Numbered from the stretch's first letter, positions 39,318 to 47,937 are shown. The stretch: DNA of 64,000 nt from Deltaproteobacteria bacterium (GCA_016218105.1 JACRET010000032.1:17175-81174); one strand, 5' to 3'. Translations and numbers: made by a program. Notes: generated by a model from the letters alone, not told the origin.

Positions 39318-41333
39318 ATGCACAGACTTCATCTGTATACGCTTTTTCATTGCAACCTTGCGTTCTCGATGATAGAGAGGGCCTCTTTCCCCTCTATTGT
39401 CCAGAGATGCTATTGGCCTGTCTTAAGGCTTGCGGAAGATGATTTTCCGGTTGCGATCGAGATGCCCGCATGGACATTAAAAGAGGTAAACTCAATCGAT
39501 CCGTCTTTTGTGCTCAAGCTTAAAGAGCTTTGGAGGGCGGGGAAGTGCGAGTTTGTCGGCTCAGGGTATTCGCAGGCCATATTCCCGCTTATACCAGCCG
39601 AGGTCAACAGGTGGAATCTGGAGCTGGGGAACAAGCATTACCAGGAACTCCTTGGAAAAAAGCCCGAGGTAGCGCTCGTCAATGAGCAGACTTTTTCCCG
39701 CGGGCTCGTTGACCTGTATAAAAAAGCAGGCTATAAAACCATCATAATGGACTGGAACAACTCGCATAAATATAATAATTACCCCAAGGAATATGTCTAT
39801 TTTCCGCAAAAAGCCGTCGGGAACATTAAGGACATTGACGTTATCTGGAGCCATTCTATCGCCTTTCAGAAGTTTCAGAGATGCGTTCACGGGAGCGTCA
39901 CTGAGGAGGAATATTTCGACTTCCTTAATAGCCATTACTCCCCGACAGAGGACAGGGCCTTTGTCCTCTATACCAACGACGCCGAGGTCTTTGATTTCAG
40001 GCCTGGCGCTGAGGAGATTCGTACCGGCGAGTGGGAGCGGCTTAAGGCCCTGCTTGCAAAGATAAAGGCGGATGAGAGATTTTTACTGGTAACGCCAAAT
40101 GACGTCGCGGGGGCTTTTAAAGGCAGGCACAAGGCGTTTAACAAGATAAGCCTTGAATCTCCTGAGACGCCGATCGTATGCAAAAAGCAGGAGAAATACA
40201 ACCCGACCCGTTGGGCGGTTGCCGGCAGGGACAGCGTCCATGTCAATACGGAGTGCTACAAGGTATACAGGAACATCAAAGCTCTTTTAGATGGCGGCGG
40301 CCTTCCTGAGCATACGGCGGACGAGTTTAAGGAGACTATATGCGACCTGTGGGGAAGCGACTTCAGATCGAACACGATAGACGAAAAATTCATATACTTC
40401 CAGAATAAGGCCGGCTGGCTGAAAATGGAAACCGAAAGGCTGCTGAAAGGAACGCCTTGCGGGGCAGGCGCGCCGGGGTCTTTTCAATACCCGGGAGACA
40501 AGGCGGATGATACTGTAATTAACGGAGCCTCCGCGAACGCCAGATTGACAAAGACCGACAGCTCGGTAAAGATAATAACGGATACGGTTGAGGCGGAGTT
40601 TCTCACGCACAAAGGGTTTGCCCTTAAATCCCTTGCCTTCCCGGGAGTTTTCGATAAGCCGCTCCTTGGCACACTGGCCCACGGCTATTACGATGACATA
40701 AGGCTTGGGGCCGATTTCTTCAGCGGGCATATCATCCACGTTTCAAAAGATGGCAAAAAGACGACCGATCTTAAAGGCGCTGAAATGCAGATAGAGGAAG
40801 GTGCCGATAATCTCATCATAAAGGTTCATACCTCTCTTGATATAGGCACGCTTACCAAGATGTATGATGTCTCCAGGACAAAACCCTCGATTTCCGTTAC
40901 TTACAGGCTTAAGGTCAATGGACTCGTCGCCTCATCCCTGCGTCTTGGGATATTTACCTTTATGCCTTCATCGTTCGATAAAGACACGCTCTGGTTTGAA
41001 ACGGTAAACGGCGGCGCGGCGCCGGAGAGGTTCTCTCTTAAAGGCCGCGCGCTGTCACACGACGAGCCGGTCAGTCAGAGCGTTTCCGCCTCAAGCTGCC
41101 TCGGCGCAACCGAAGGGTGGGTTAAGATAGGGGATAAGGACAAGTCTATAAAGATATCTACGGATAAATCCAGGCTCTACTCGGTTCCGATGCTTAAGTT
41201 TATGGAGCTTAAGGAAGAGGATTCGTTCTTTTTAAGGCTTTATCATTCCGTTGGAGAGGTAGACGACACGGCGTGGTGGGTCTGGAGGGGCGTAAACGAG
41301 ATAACATTCGATATCAGCGCCAATAAGGAATAG
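39318..41333 (+). CDS. GH57-like (glycoside hydrolase/deacetylase beta/alpha-barrel) protein with a large C-terminal domain of unknown function
   Basis: 671 aa. The N-terminal ~330 aa resemble family-57 glycoside hydrolases: FHCNLAFS, EFVGSGYSQAIFPLIP, VALVNEQTF (candidate nucleophile Glu) and LYTNDAEVFDF (candidate acid/base Asp). Assignment is by eye only. Confidence 0.5.
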   Translation: MHRLHLYTLFHCNLAFSMIERASFPSIVQRCYWPVLRLAEDDFPVAIEMPAWTLKEVNSIDPSFVLKLKELWRAGKCEFVGSGYSQAIFPLIPAEVNRWNLELGNKHYQELLGKKPEVALVNEQTFSRGLVDLYKKAGYKTIIMDWNNSHKYNNYPKEYVYFPQKAVGNIKDIDVIWSHSIAFQKFQRCVHGSVTEEEYFDFLNSHYSPTEDRAFVLYTNDAEVFDFRPGAEEIRTGEWERLKALLAKIKADERFLLVTPNDVAGAFKGRHKAFNKISLESPETPIVCKKQEKYNPTRWAVAGRDSVHVNTECYKVYRNIKALLDGGGLPEHTADEFKETICDLWGSDFRSNTIDEKFIYFQNKAGWLKMETERLLKGTPCGAGAPGSFQYPGDKADDTVINGASANARLTKTDSSVKIITDTVEAEFLTHKGFALKSLAFPGVFDKPLLGTLAHGYYDDIRLGADFFSGHIIHVSKDGKKTTDLKGAEMQIEEGADNLIIKVHTSLDIGTLTKMYDVSRTKPSISVTYRLKVNGLVASSLRLGIFTFMPSSFDKDTLWFETVNGGAAPERFSLKGRALSHDEPVSQSVSASSCLGATEGWVKIGDKDKSIKISTDKSRLYSVPMLKFMELKEEDSFFLRLYHSVGEVDDTAWWVWRGVNEITFDISANKE

Positions 41334-41334
41334 T

Positions 41335-43221
41335 ATGTCGATTTTTGATAAAAACCTTTTGAGCATAGGTCTCAAAGACAAGGCTCTCTCCGACAGGCTG
41401 CGGTCTCTCGACAAATGGGTTGAGACGGAGGAGGCCAAAAACAGGGAGCATACCTTCAAGTATGGCGGGATTTATTTTCACAGCCGTTACGACCCGGCAA
41501 AAGAGGCCTCTGTGCAGGCCGAGGAGATAGCGTCAAAAAAAACTGATTGGGTGCTGCTGTTCGGGCTCGGGTGCGGGTACCTGCTTAAGGCCCTTCTGGA
41601 AAAAGGCCAGAAAAAGGTCATGGTCTTTGAGCCTTCTGAGGAGATACTCGCCGGGGTGCTCCGCAATATTGACCTCTCGGAAGAGCTTTCGCTGGACGGT
41701 GTATTTCTCCTTACGGACATGGTTGCGTTCATAAGCAATCTACGGTCCTCCGCCGAGGGGTTTGACAACCTTTTGTGCTTCAGCCCCACCCCTTACAGGT
41801 TGACATTTCCCGCCGAGCTTAGAGATTTCACGAACAGGGTGAATAACGCGCACACGACGAGCAAGGTCGGGATAAAGACAGACCTTGTGTCAAGGCTTGA
41901 CTGGATAGAGAACTATCTGGAGAACGTCAGGCATTTTCCGGAAACTCCGCTCGTGGACGATCTGCGGGACAGGTTCAAGGGCAAGCCTATGGTGATAGTC
42001 GGGGCAGGGCCTTCATTAAAGAAGAACGCGCATCTTTTGCGCGAGTTCAAGGGAAAGGCCGTTATTATGGCCGCGGTGACGGCCTACAAGCCGCTGCTCA
42101 AGTTCGGCGTTATACCGGATTTTGTGATAGCCTCGGAGAGGGTGGACCTGCCTGAATATTTTACATCAGGGGATGAGGACAGGCAGACAAGGCTTATCCT
42201 TGCGGAGGTGTCCCACCCGAAGATGTTTGAAAGAGAAGTCCTGGGAAAACTGGTATACTTCTCCCCGTCGATATCTTTCAGCCGCGAGCATGCCAGGCTC
42301 TGGGGCAGCTCATACTTCCCGAATATGGGCGGCAGCGTGACTACAGCCGCTCTTGATATGGGGATCATGTTGGGTTGCAGCCCGATAGTCTTTATAGGTC
42401 AGGACCTCTGTTTCGGGGACAACGAGACCCATGTCGGAGGAGGCGTGTACGTTGCACAGAACGTCAGGATAGACAAGGAGAAGGGGCTCATCACGATAGA
42501 GGACGAGTACATAAACGACAAGCAGACGTATGTTTATGATCTGCAGTGGCTCAAGGGCCTTAATGGCGCTCAGGTGCCCAGCAAATACGACTGGACTACC
42601 TTCCATCAGTGGTTTGAAGCCTATATGCTCAGCCTTAGAAGGTCAGGCTCCCCTGTCAAGGTGATAAATGCCACTGAAGGCGGCGCATATATAGAGGGGA
42701 TGGAGCATTCCACGCTTAAAGAGGTCCTTGCCGGATATATCAGGGACGGTCTTGACATAGACAAGATAGTGAGAGAGGCTAAAGAGGCGCGTACGAAGAC
42801 GGATTATCCGGCCCTGATCGAATCGTTTACGCAGATGAAAAAGAGCCTTGGCGTTATCCGGAAGACCGCGCAAGGGATATTCAAAGAGGTGAGGGGCGCA
42901 AGGACGGAGCTTAAGAGAAATGGGCTTACCCTGGGACTTAAAAAGCATGCCGACAGGATAAAGGCTCTTGAGGAGGACGTCTTCAGGGAATCCGAAAACG
43001 CCCGCTTCATCTGGGAGGCGCTCATTGAAAATACTTATAAGCTGAAGCAGTACCTTCGCGATGAGGGTGAGACGTCAGCGACCGGATTTGAGAAAGACCT
43101 TGATGCCATCGAGGCCTCGTACAAGAGGATCGATGAGATCTGCCAGAGATTTGGGCCGAAGCTTGAGGGGGCCGCGTCTGTTCTGGGGAGCCGTGAGAGC
43201 TTGACAAAAAAGGCGTTGTAG
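41335..43221 (+). CDS. maf: Motility-associated factor (Maf; DUF115/MptE-like) putative flagellin nonulosonate glycosyltransferase
   Basis: 628 aa. MVIVGAGPSLKKN, IPDFVIASERVD and GGSVTTAALDMGIMLGCSPIVFIGQDLCF form the typical Maf core. Starts 1 nt after the preceding gene ends. Confidence 0.8.
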   Translation: MSIFDKNLLSIGLKDKALSDRLRSLDKWVETEEAKNREHTFKYGGIYFHSRYDPAKEASVQAEEIASKKTDWVLLFGLGCGYLLKALLEKGQKKVMVFEPSEEILAGVLRNIDLSEELSLDGVFLLTDMVAFISNLRSSAEGFDNLLCFSPTPYRLTFPAELRDFTNRVNNAHTTSKVGIKTDLVSRLDWIENYLENVRHFPETPLVDDLRDRFKGKPMVIVGAGPSLKKNAHLLREFKGKAVIMAAVTAYKPLLKFGVIPDFVIASERVDLPEYFTSGDEDRQTRLILAEVSHPKMFEREVLGKLVYFSPSISFSREHARLWGSSYFPNMGGSVTTAALDMGIMLGCSPIVFIGQDLCFGDNETHVGGGVYVAQNVRIDKEKGLITIEDEYINDKQTYVYDLQWLKGLNGAQVPSKYDWTTFHQWFEAYMLSLRRSGSPVKVINATEGGAYIEGMEHSTLKEVLAGYIRDGLDIDKIVREAKEARTKTDYPALIESFTQMKKSLGVIRKTAQGIFKEVRGARTELKRNGLTLGLKKHADRIKALEEDVFRESENARFIWEALIENTYKLKQYLRDEGETSATGFEKDLDAIEASYKRIDEICQRFGPKLEGAASVLGSRESLTKKAL

Positions 43222-43301
43222 TTTTTTGCTGTAGTTTTTTTAAACCATAATATTTACTGACCGTCATAACTATTTGTTTTTATTTTGTTAAGGGAGAGGA
43301 T

Positions 43302-43895
43302 ATGCCCACAGTGCATCTGGATGATATAAAGGTAGAATTCGAGGATAAAGAGAAGAGCGCCACCGTAGGCGAGCTTGTTGACGCACTTGAAAAAGAGCTG
43401 ATGAGCATCAAGAGGTTTATCATGGAGATCTCTATAGACGGCGAGGATGTGCCTGAGTGGAGGGGTAGCGCCGCGATGTCGAAGAAGATATCGGTACACG
43501 GAGAGATCAGGCTCAAGACCGCATCTATCGAAGATATGGCTTCGGTCGGCCTTGAGACGGTAAAGGAATATATAAATGTGATAAAGGACAATATGGACGC
43601 TTGCGTTAGGGATTTAAGGGTTGGCTCTGAAAAGACCGCCGATACAGCGTTCCTCTCGATATTCGAGGGTGTCGTAGAGGTAGTAAAGACCATGGACGCC
43701 TTGAGCCATGGGACTGCGAGGTATAAGATGGATCTTTTTAAAAAAAACCCTCTCGAGTATTATGTGGCGCTCCATCAGAAACTGGAAACAATTAAAAATA
43801 TTAAGCTTTCGGGAGATACGGTCCTGCTGGCTGATGTGCTCGAGTATGAGCTTAAGCCGCTCCTGGAAGAGATAGAGGAAAATATTTTCAATTAA
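43302..43895 (+). CDS. Hypothetical acidic protein between maf and the flagellin gene
   Basis: 197 aa with a GGGAGAGG RBS. No recognisable motif. Confidence 0.55.
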   Translation: MPTVHLDDIKVEFEDKEKSATVGELVDALEKELMSIKRFIMEISIDGEDVPEWRGSAAMSKKISVHGEIRLKTASIEDMASVGLETVKEYINVIKDNMDACVRDLRVGSEKTADTAFLSIFEGVVEVVKTMDALSHGTARYKMDLFKKNPLEYYVALHQKLETIKNIKLSGDTVLLADVLEYELKPLLEEIEENIFN

Positions 43896-43919
43896 AAAAG
43901 CCGGTGTTGGATTTTTTTT

Positions 43920-43946
43920 TAAAGTTCCCATAAACCCGGCCGATAA
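43920..43946 (+). promoter_or_regulatory. Sigma-28 promoter of the flagellin gene
   Basis: TAAAGTT-N-GCCGATAA with exactly 15 nt between TAAA and GCCGATAA, a full consensus match. Lies 120 nt upstream of the flagellin ATG. Confidence 0.8.
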
Positions 43947-44024
43947 GGGTAGTAAGAGGCAGAAAGCGAATCAGGCCGAAAAGGAGGGTTGGAAAAGGCT
44001 GAAGCTTGAAACCTCAAAAAAACA

Positions 44025-44038
44025 CGGCAAGGATGCCG
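44025..44038 (+). promoter_or_regulatory. Candidate CsrA-binding hairpin in the flagellin 5'UTR
   Basis: CGGCA-AGGA-TGCCG presents GGA in a tetraloop. A second GGA lies inside the Shine-Dalgarno sequence ACGGAGGGT (44053-44061). Confidence 0.5.
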
Positions 44039-44065
44039 AATAAAAAACACTACGGAGGGTACACC

Positions 44066-44896
44066 ATGTCAATGGTTATCAACACAAACGTCGCCGCATT
44101 AATAGCCCAGCAGAACCTCGCAACTTCAAACTCCCAGCTCAAAGTAAGCGTACAGAGACTTTCATCGGGTTACAGGGTAAACAGCGCCGCCGATGACGCA
44201 GCCGGCCTCGGCAGGGCCGACCAGCTGAAGAGCCAGTCAAGGATGATCCAGGCCTCACAGAGGAACATTAATGACGGCATAAGCGCCATGGAAATAAGCG
44301 ATAAGGTCGCCGAGCAGATCTCGAACATCGTAACAAGGATGGGCGAGCTTGCGGCAAGCGCGGCGCAGGGCACTTTGGACACAACGAACAGGACATACTA
44401 CAGCAACGAGTTCGACAAACTGAAACAGGAAATCGACAGGATCGCCAGCACAACAGAGTTCGGCGGCTACAAGCTCATCAGCGGAGACACGACATCGCTT
44501 ACGATGTACATAGGCTTCAAGAACACCACCGCTGACCAGCTCGCCGTAAGTCTGAATGTTTTGACGACAGGCGCAAACGGCCTCAACCTTTCGTCAGGCA
44601 TACTCGCTTCGATCACGGGCGCCCTTAGCGCGGTTGATTCACTCAGCTCCGCTCTTAAGACAATCAACGACGCCAGAGCCATCTACGGTGCCTCGACAAA
44701 CAGGCTTACCGCGGCTCTCTCCAACTTACAGGTAACATTCACAAACTACCAGGCCGCGGAATCAAGGATCAGGGACGCGGACTTCGCTTACGAGACCGCC
44801 CAGTACACAAGAAACCAGATAATGGTACAGGCGGGCACATCGGTTCTAGCGCAGGCCAACACGCTGCCCCAGAACGCCTTGTCGCTTCTCAGGTAG
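44066..44896 (+). CDS. Flagellin (short, 276 aa)
   Basis: MSMVINTNVAALIAQQNL...RLSSGYRVNSAADDAAGL at the N-terminus and RIRDADFAYETAQYTRNQIMVQAGTSVLAQANTLPQNALSLLR at the C-terminus. I chose ATG 44066 because GGAGGG lies 6 nt upstream. The 44006 TTG start is unlikely. Confidence 0.92.
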   Translation: MSMVINTNVAALIAQQNLATSNSQLKVSVQRLSSGYRVNSAADDAAGLGRADQLKSQSRMIQASQRNINDGISAMEISDKVAEQISNIVTRMGELAASAAQGTLDTTNRTYYSNEFDKLKQEIDRIASTTEFGGYKLISGDTTSLTMYIGFKNTTADQLAVSLNVLTTGANGLNLSSGILASITGALSAVDSLSSALKTINDARAIYGASTNRLTAALSNLQVTFTNYQAAESRIRDADFAYETAQYTRNQIMVQAGTSVLAQANTLPQNALSLLR

Positions 44897-44927
44897 TAAC
44901 GAACGGGATATCCATGCCTTAGGACTG

Positions 44928-44953
44928 GCGGGGAGGGCTGATGGCCTCCCCGC
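44928..44953 (+). terminator. GC-rich hairpin after the flagellin gene (attenuator or 3' stabiliser; no T-run)
   Basis: 9-bp stem GCGGGGAGG/CCTCCCCGC with an 8-nt loop, 32 nt after the stop codon. Confidence 0.45.
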
Positions 44954-44971
44954 GATATCTCTGGAGGCTTT

Positions 44972-45340
44972 ATGAGTATAGATTTAGGCATAAAAGATGT
45001 AACAAGACCCGGAGACCGCGTCGGAGAAACAGCTGCTAAAACGTTTTCGGCAAAGAAGGCCTCTGTAGAGCGCGCCTCTTTTATTGCGGATCCCGCTGAA
45101 GTGAAAAAGGACCTGCCGCCGAAAGAACTTGAGGAGATCGCCTCTGACGTGCAGATACAGCTCAAGAGGCTCAATACCGAGCTTAGATTCGAGCTCGATA
45201 AGAGTTCTGACGAAATGGTGGTCAAGATCATAGACCCTGAGACCGATCAGGTCATCCGGCAGATACCATCCGAAGAGCTCCTGGCCATAAGGGCGCGGAT
45301 GAAAGATCTCATAGGGGTGCTCTACAACTCGCAGACTTAG
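44972..45340 (+). CDS. flaG: Flagellar protein FlaG
   Basis: 122 aa. LRFELDKSSDEMVVKIIDPETDQVIRQIPSEELLAI is the typical FlaG core. Position between flagellin and fliD. Confidence 0.85.
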   Translation: MSIDLGIKDVTRPGDRVGETAAKTFSAKKASVERASFIADPAEVKKDLPPKELEEIASDVQIQLKRLNTELRFELDKSSDEMVVKIIDPETDQVIRQIPSEELLAIRARMKDLIGVLYNSQT

Positions 45341-45384
45341 TATTCTGATTTTTCGGGTCTTTTTAAAATGGGAGAGGCATCTCT

Positions 45385-46716
45385 ATGAGCATATCCGCGA
45401 CCTCCGGTGTAGTCAGCAATATAGATTACCAGAGCCTTATAAGCCAGCTCGTCGGGTTGAAGAAACAGGCCATAACGAACCTTAACACGGAAAAGAAGAC
45501 GCTTGAGAAGACAAACTCGGCGTATTCCAGCCTGAGCACTAAAATACAGGACCTTAAGACCGCGGCTGACGGCGTAAGGACGGCCACGGGCTTTAAAGTT
45601 TTCAAAACCTCGTCAACGGATGATGCTATCCTTGGCGCGACCGCAACCTCATCGGCGTCATCAGGGTCTTACTCAATAGTAGTAACCAATATAGCCAAGG
45701 CCCATAAGATCGCCGCGGACGGAGTCGCGGCAAGCACATCCACGATAGCCGCCGGCGCAGGTTCCTTCAAGTTTACCGTAGGCTCAGGCGTCGAACAGAC
45801 GGTGAGCGTGGACGCCACGACAACTCTTACCGGACTCAAGGACGCCATAAACGCCCTGAGCGCGGGCGTAACGGCCACGGTTATAAATGACGGTTCAGCG
45901 ACAAGCCCCTACAGGTTAATACTTACAAGCGGTTCAACCGGCGCGTCAAACGGCGTAACCATCACGCAGAATGACACGAGCCTCCTTTTCCCGACAACGC
46001 TCCAGGCCGCCCAGGACGCTTCATTCACTGTCGACACCATGAGCTTCACGCGGTCGTCAAATTCCGTCTCCGATGTCATCACAGGGGTTACTTTTGACCT
46101 CAAGAGCGGTGACGCGGCCAAGACGGTCACCCTTTCGGTCGAGAGGGATTCAACCGAGATATCAAAGAAGGTCACGGCAATGGTGGACGCGTACAACTCG
46201 GTGGTAAGCTACATAAAGGCCAATAACAGATATAACAGCGAGACAAAGACCGCCGGCGCTTTTTTCGGGGATTCGGTGGCCAAGTCCGTCTGGGATGATT
46301 TAAGGAAGGTGATGACATCCGCGGTAAGCGGCCTGCCTGACACAATGAACAGGCTTCTGCACATAGGGGTTACGAGCGATACCGAAGGCGTATTCACGCT
46401 CGACAGCTCAAAGCTTAAAACCGCGCTTTCGACCAGTTTTGACGATGTGGTCAAGCTCTTTGAGGACGGCACGACCACTGACGGCTTTGGCGCCCTTTTC
46501 TACGACCTGGCGAGCAATATAGATGATTCCGTTGACGGAAGGATAAAAGGCAGGCAGAACGGGCTCAATAAAAATATAGACAAGATCGAATCTGACATAT
46601 TGAATAAAGAAACGGCTGCTGCGGCCTATGAGGAGCAGTTAAGGGCGCAGTTCACGGGGCTTGAAACCATGCTGGCGAGCCTCCAGCACCAGTCCAGTTT
46701 CCTTTCGCGATTATAG
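45385..46716 (+). CDS. fliD: Flagellar filament cap protein FliD (HAP2)
   Basis: 443 aa. N-terminal GVVSNIDYQSLISQLVGLKKQAITNL and a C-terminal coiled coil (YEEQLRAQFTGLETMLASLQ). Confidence 0.9.
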   Translation: MSISATSGVVSNIDYQSLISQLVGLKKQAITNLNTEKKTLEKTNSAYSSLSTKIQDLKTAADGVRTATGFKVFKTSSTDDAILGATATSSASSGSYSIVVTNIAKAHKIAADGVAASTSTIAAGAGSFKFTVGSGVEQTVSVDATTTLTGLKDAINALSAGVTATVINDGSATSPYRLILTSGSTGASNGVTITQNDTSLLFPTTLQAAQDASFTVDTMSFTRSSNSVSDVITGVTFDLKSGDAAKTVTLSVERDSTEISKKVTAMVDAYNSVVSYIKANNRYNSETKTAGAFFGDSVAKSVWDDLRKVMTSAVSGLPDTMNRLLHIGVTSDTEGVFTLDSSKLKTALSTSFDDVVKLFEDGTTTDGFGALFYDLASNIDDSVDGRIKGRQNGLNKNIDKIESDILNKETAAAAYEEQLRAQFTGLETMLASLQHQSSFLSRL

Positions 46717-46725
46717 GGGGATTTT

Positions 46726-47139
46726 ATGAACAGCCTCAGGCAGTATCAGAATATACAGGTCATGACCGCCGATAAGGTACGGCTGATAATAATGATGTAC
46801 GATGGAGTAATACGGTTCAACAAGTGCGCCCAGAAGGCTATACAGGAAAAACATATCGAGGCCCGGAACACTTACATCAACAAGTCCCTTGCCATCGTAA
46901 GCGAGCTTGCCAACTCACTTAATATGGAAGAGGGCGGTGAAGTGGCTAGAAATCTTTCAAGGCTTTACGACTTCGCTACGCGTGAGCTTACTCAGGCCAA
47001 TATAAATAACGATAGCGCCGCTCTCGATACCGTAAATAAGATAATATTCGAACTTAAGTCCGGTTGGGAAGGGATAGCGGCGGAAAGGTCGAAGCCGGCG
47101 GTCTCTCAGGCGGCGACAGGGATAAGCTATGGCATCTGA
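46726..47139 (+). CDS. fliS: Flagellin-specific chaperone FliS
   Basis: 137 aa. YQNIQVMTADKVRLIIMMYDGVIRF, IVSELANSLNME.GGEVARNL and LYDF. Confidence 0.9.
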   Translation: MNSLRQYQNIQVMTADKVRLIIMMYDGVIRFNKCAQKAIQEKHIEARNTYINKSLAIVSELANSLNMEEGGEVARNLSRLYDFATRELTQANINNDSAALDTVNKIIFELKSGWEGIAAERSKPAVSQAATGISYGI

Positions 47140-47446
47140 GAACAGGCGCATAGAGATACTCAACAAGATACTTGAGCTCTCGGCCCGGCAGAAACGTTTC
47201 CTTGACGAAAAGAGGTTTGAAGAGCTCTTCGTAAGCCAGAAGGAGAGGGAAGGGCTTTTCACGGAACTTAAAGGGCTGGGTGACGACAGATATAAAGAAG
47301 AGCCGTTGAAGGGGCTTATAGCTCGTGTCCTTGAGCAGGACAAGGTGCTCTCTCTGTCGATAGAGTCGTCGATGGGCGAGATCATCGGAAAGATCGGAAT
47401 GATAAGAAAAGGCTCAAAGGCTTCCAAGGCATACAGCGCAAGATAG
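47129..47446 (+). CDS. Small helical protein, possibly a FliT-like export chaperone
   Basis: 105 aa, predicted helical. Overlaps the fliS end by 11 nt. The call rests on position only. Confidence 0.4.
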   Translation: MASENRRIEILNKILELSARQKRFLDEKRFEELFVSQKEREGLFTELKGLGDDRYKEEPLKGLIARVLEQDKVLSLSIESSMGEIIGKIGMIRKGSKASKAYSAR

Positions 47447-47591
47447 CTGGTAATGATTTTTAACTTATGTGCAATCCACTAGCATTTACGGTATGTTAGA
47501 CTGCTATCCTATGATTATGGTTTAGGTCGTTTTTTTCTGCATGGCAGGCAACACCACTTCGAAAAAAACCCAAAAAAAATTGAAAAAAAAT

Positions 47592-47619
47592 TAAAGTTTC
47601 ACTCTCCAGCGGCCGATAA
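47592..47619 (+). promoter_or_regulatory. Sigma-28 promoter upstream of the 66-aa ORF
   Basis: TAAAGTTT, then GCCGATAA 16 nt after the TAAA. The -10 core CCGATAATAAAA is duplicated 4 nt downstream (47613-24 and 47629-40). Confidence 0.7.
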
Positions 47620-47654
47620 TAAAAGAGTCCGATAATAAAAAAAGGAGGCGGCCT

Positions 47655-47855
47655 ATGTTCAAGATCAATTCGGTCGTAGGGCATAATTTGACACTTTCCG
47701 ATAAAGTATCGGATAAGGGCTCCAGGCCCCATCACGACGACTCCAGGACGAATGACAGCGATAGTGTCGTCATCTCTGAAGAAGGCAAGAAGAAGCATAT
47801 ATTGGGGCAGCTCATGGCGAGGATATCCGACCAGGGGAGCGGGAAGAAGATATAA
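47655..47855 (+). CDS. Sigma-28-dependent small hydrophilic protein (possible FlgM-N-terminal-like)
   Basis: 66 aa with an AAAGGAGG RBS 6 nt upstream. SDSVVISEEGKKK resembles GDNVDISPKAKD of the flgM product in this window. Confidence 0.5.
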   Translation: MFKINSVVGHNLTLSDKVSDKGSRPHHDDSRTNDSDSVVISEEGKKKHILGQLMARISDQGSGKKI

Positions 47856-47864
47856 AATGGCATA

Positions 47865-47894
47865 TTGACAGGCAATACGCCCAAATTGTATCAT
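47865..47894 (+). promoter_or_regulatory. Sigma-70-like promoter upstream of the REC / HD-GYP / PilZ genes
   Basis: TTGACA-N18-TATCAT, 44 nt upstream of ATG 47938. Confidence 0.45.
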
Positions 47895-47937
47895 TTAGGA
47901 ATACTAAAGCCGAAGGAAAGCTATTCTCATTTAAACC

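Noticed and set aside
43241-43269. TAAA-N15-ACCGTCAT upstream of ORF 43302 as a sigma-28 promoter
   Set aside because: Only about 4 of 8 positions match in the -10 element. I could not define a promoter for this ORF.
47613-47640. Tandem CCGATAATAAAA direct repeat as a possible repeat array or CRISPR
   Set aside because: There are only two 12-nt copies with a 4-nt spacer. I treat it as a duplicated promoter -10 core. No CRISPR-like array exists anywhere in the window.
47496-47894. 132-aa - strand ORF spanning the fliT-like/REC intergenic region
   Set aside because: It competes with the + strand 66-aa ORF, which has a consensus sigma-28 promoter and a strong RBS. The - strand ORF has neither, and its sequence is implausible.
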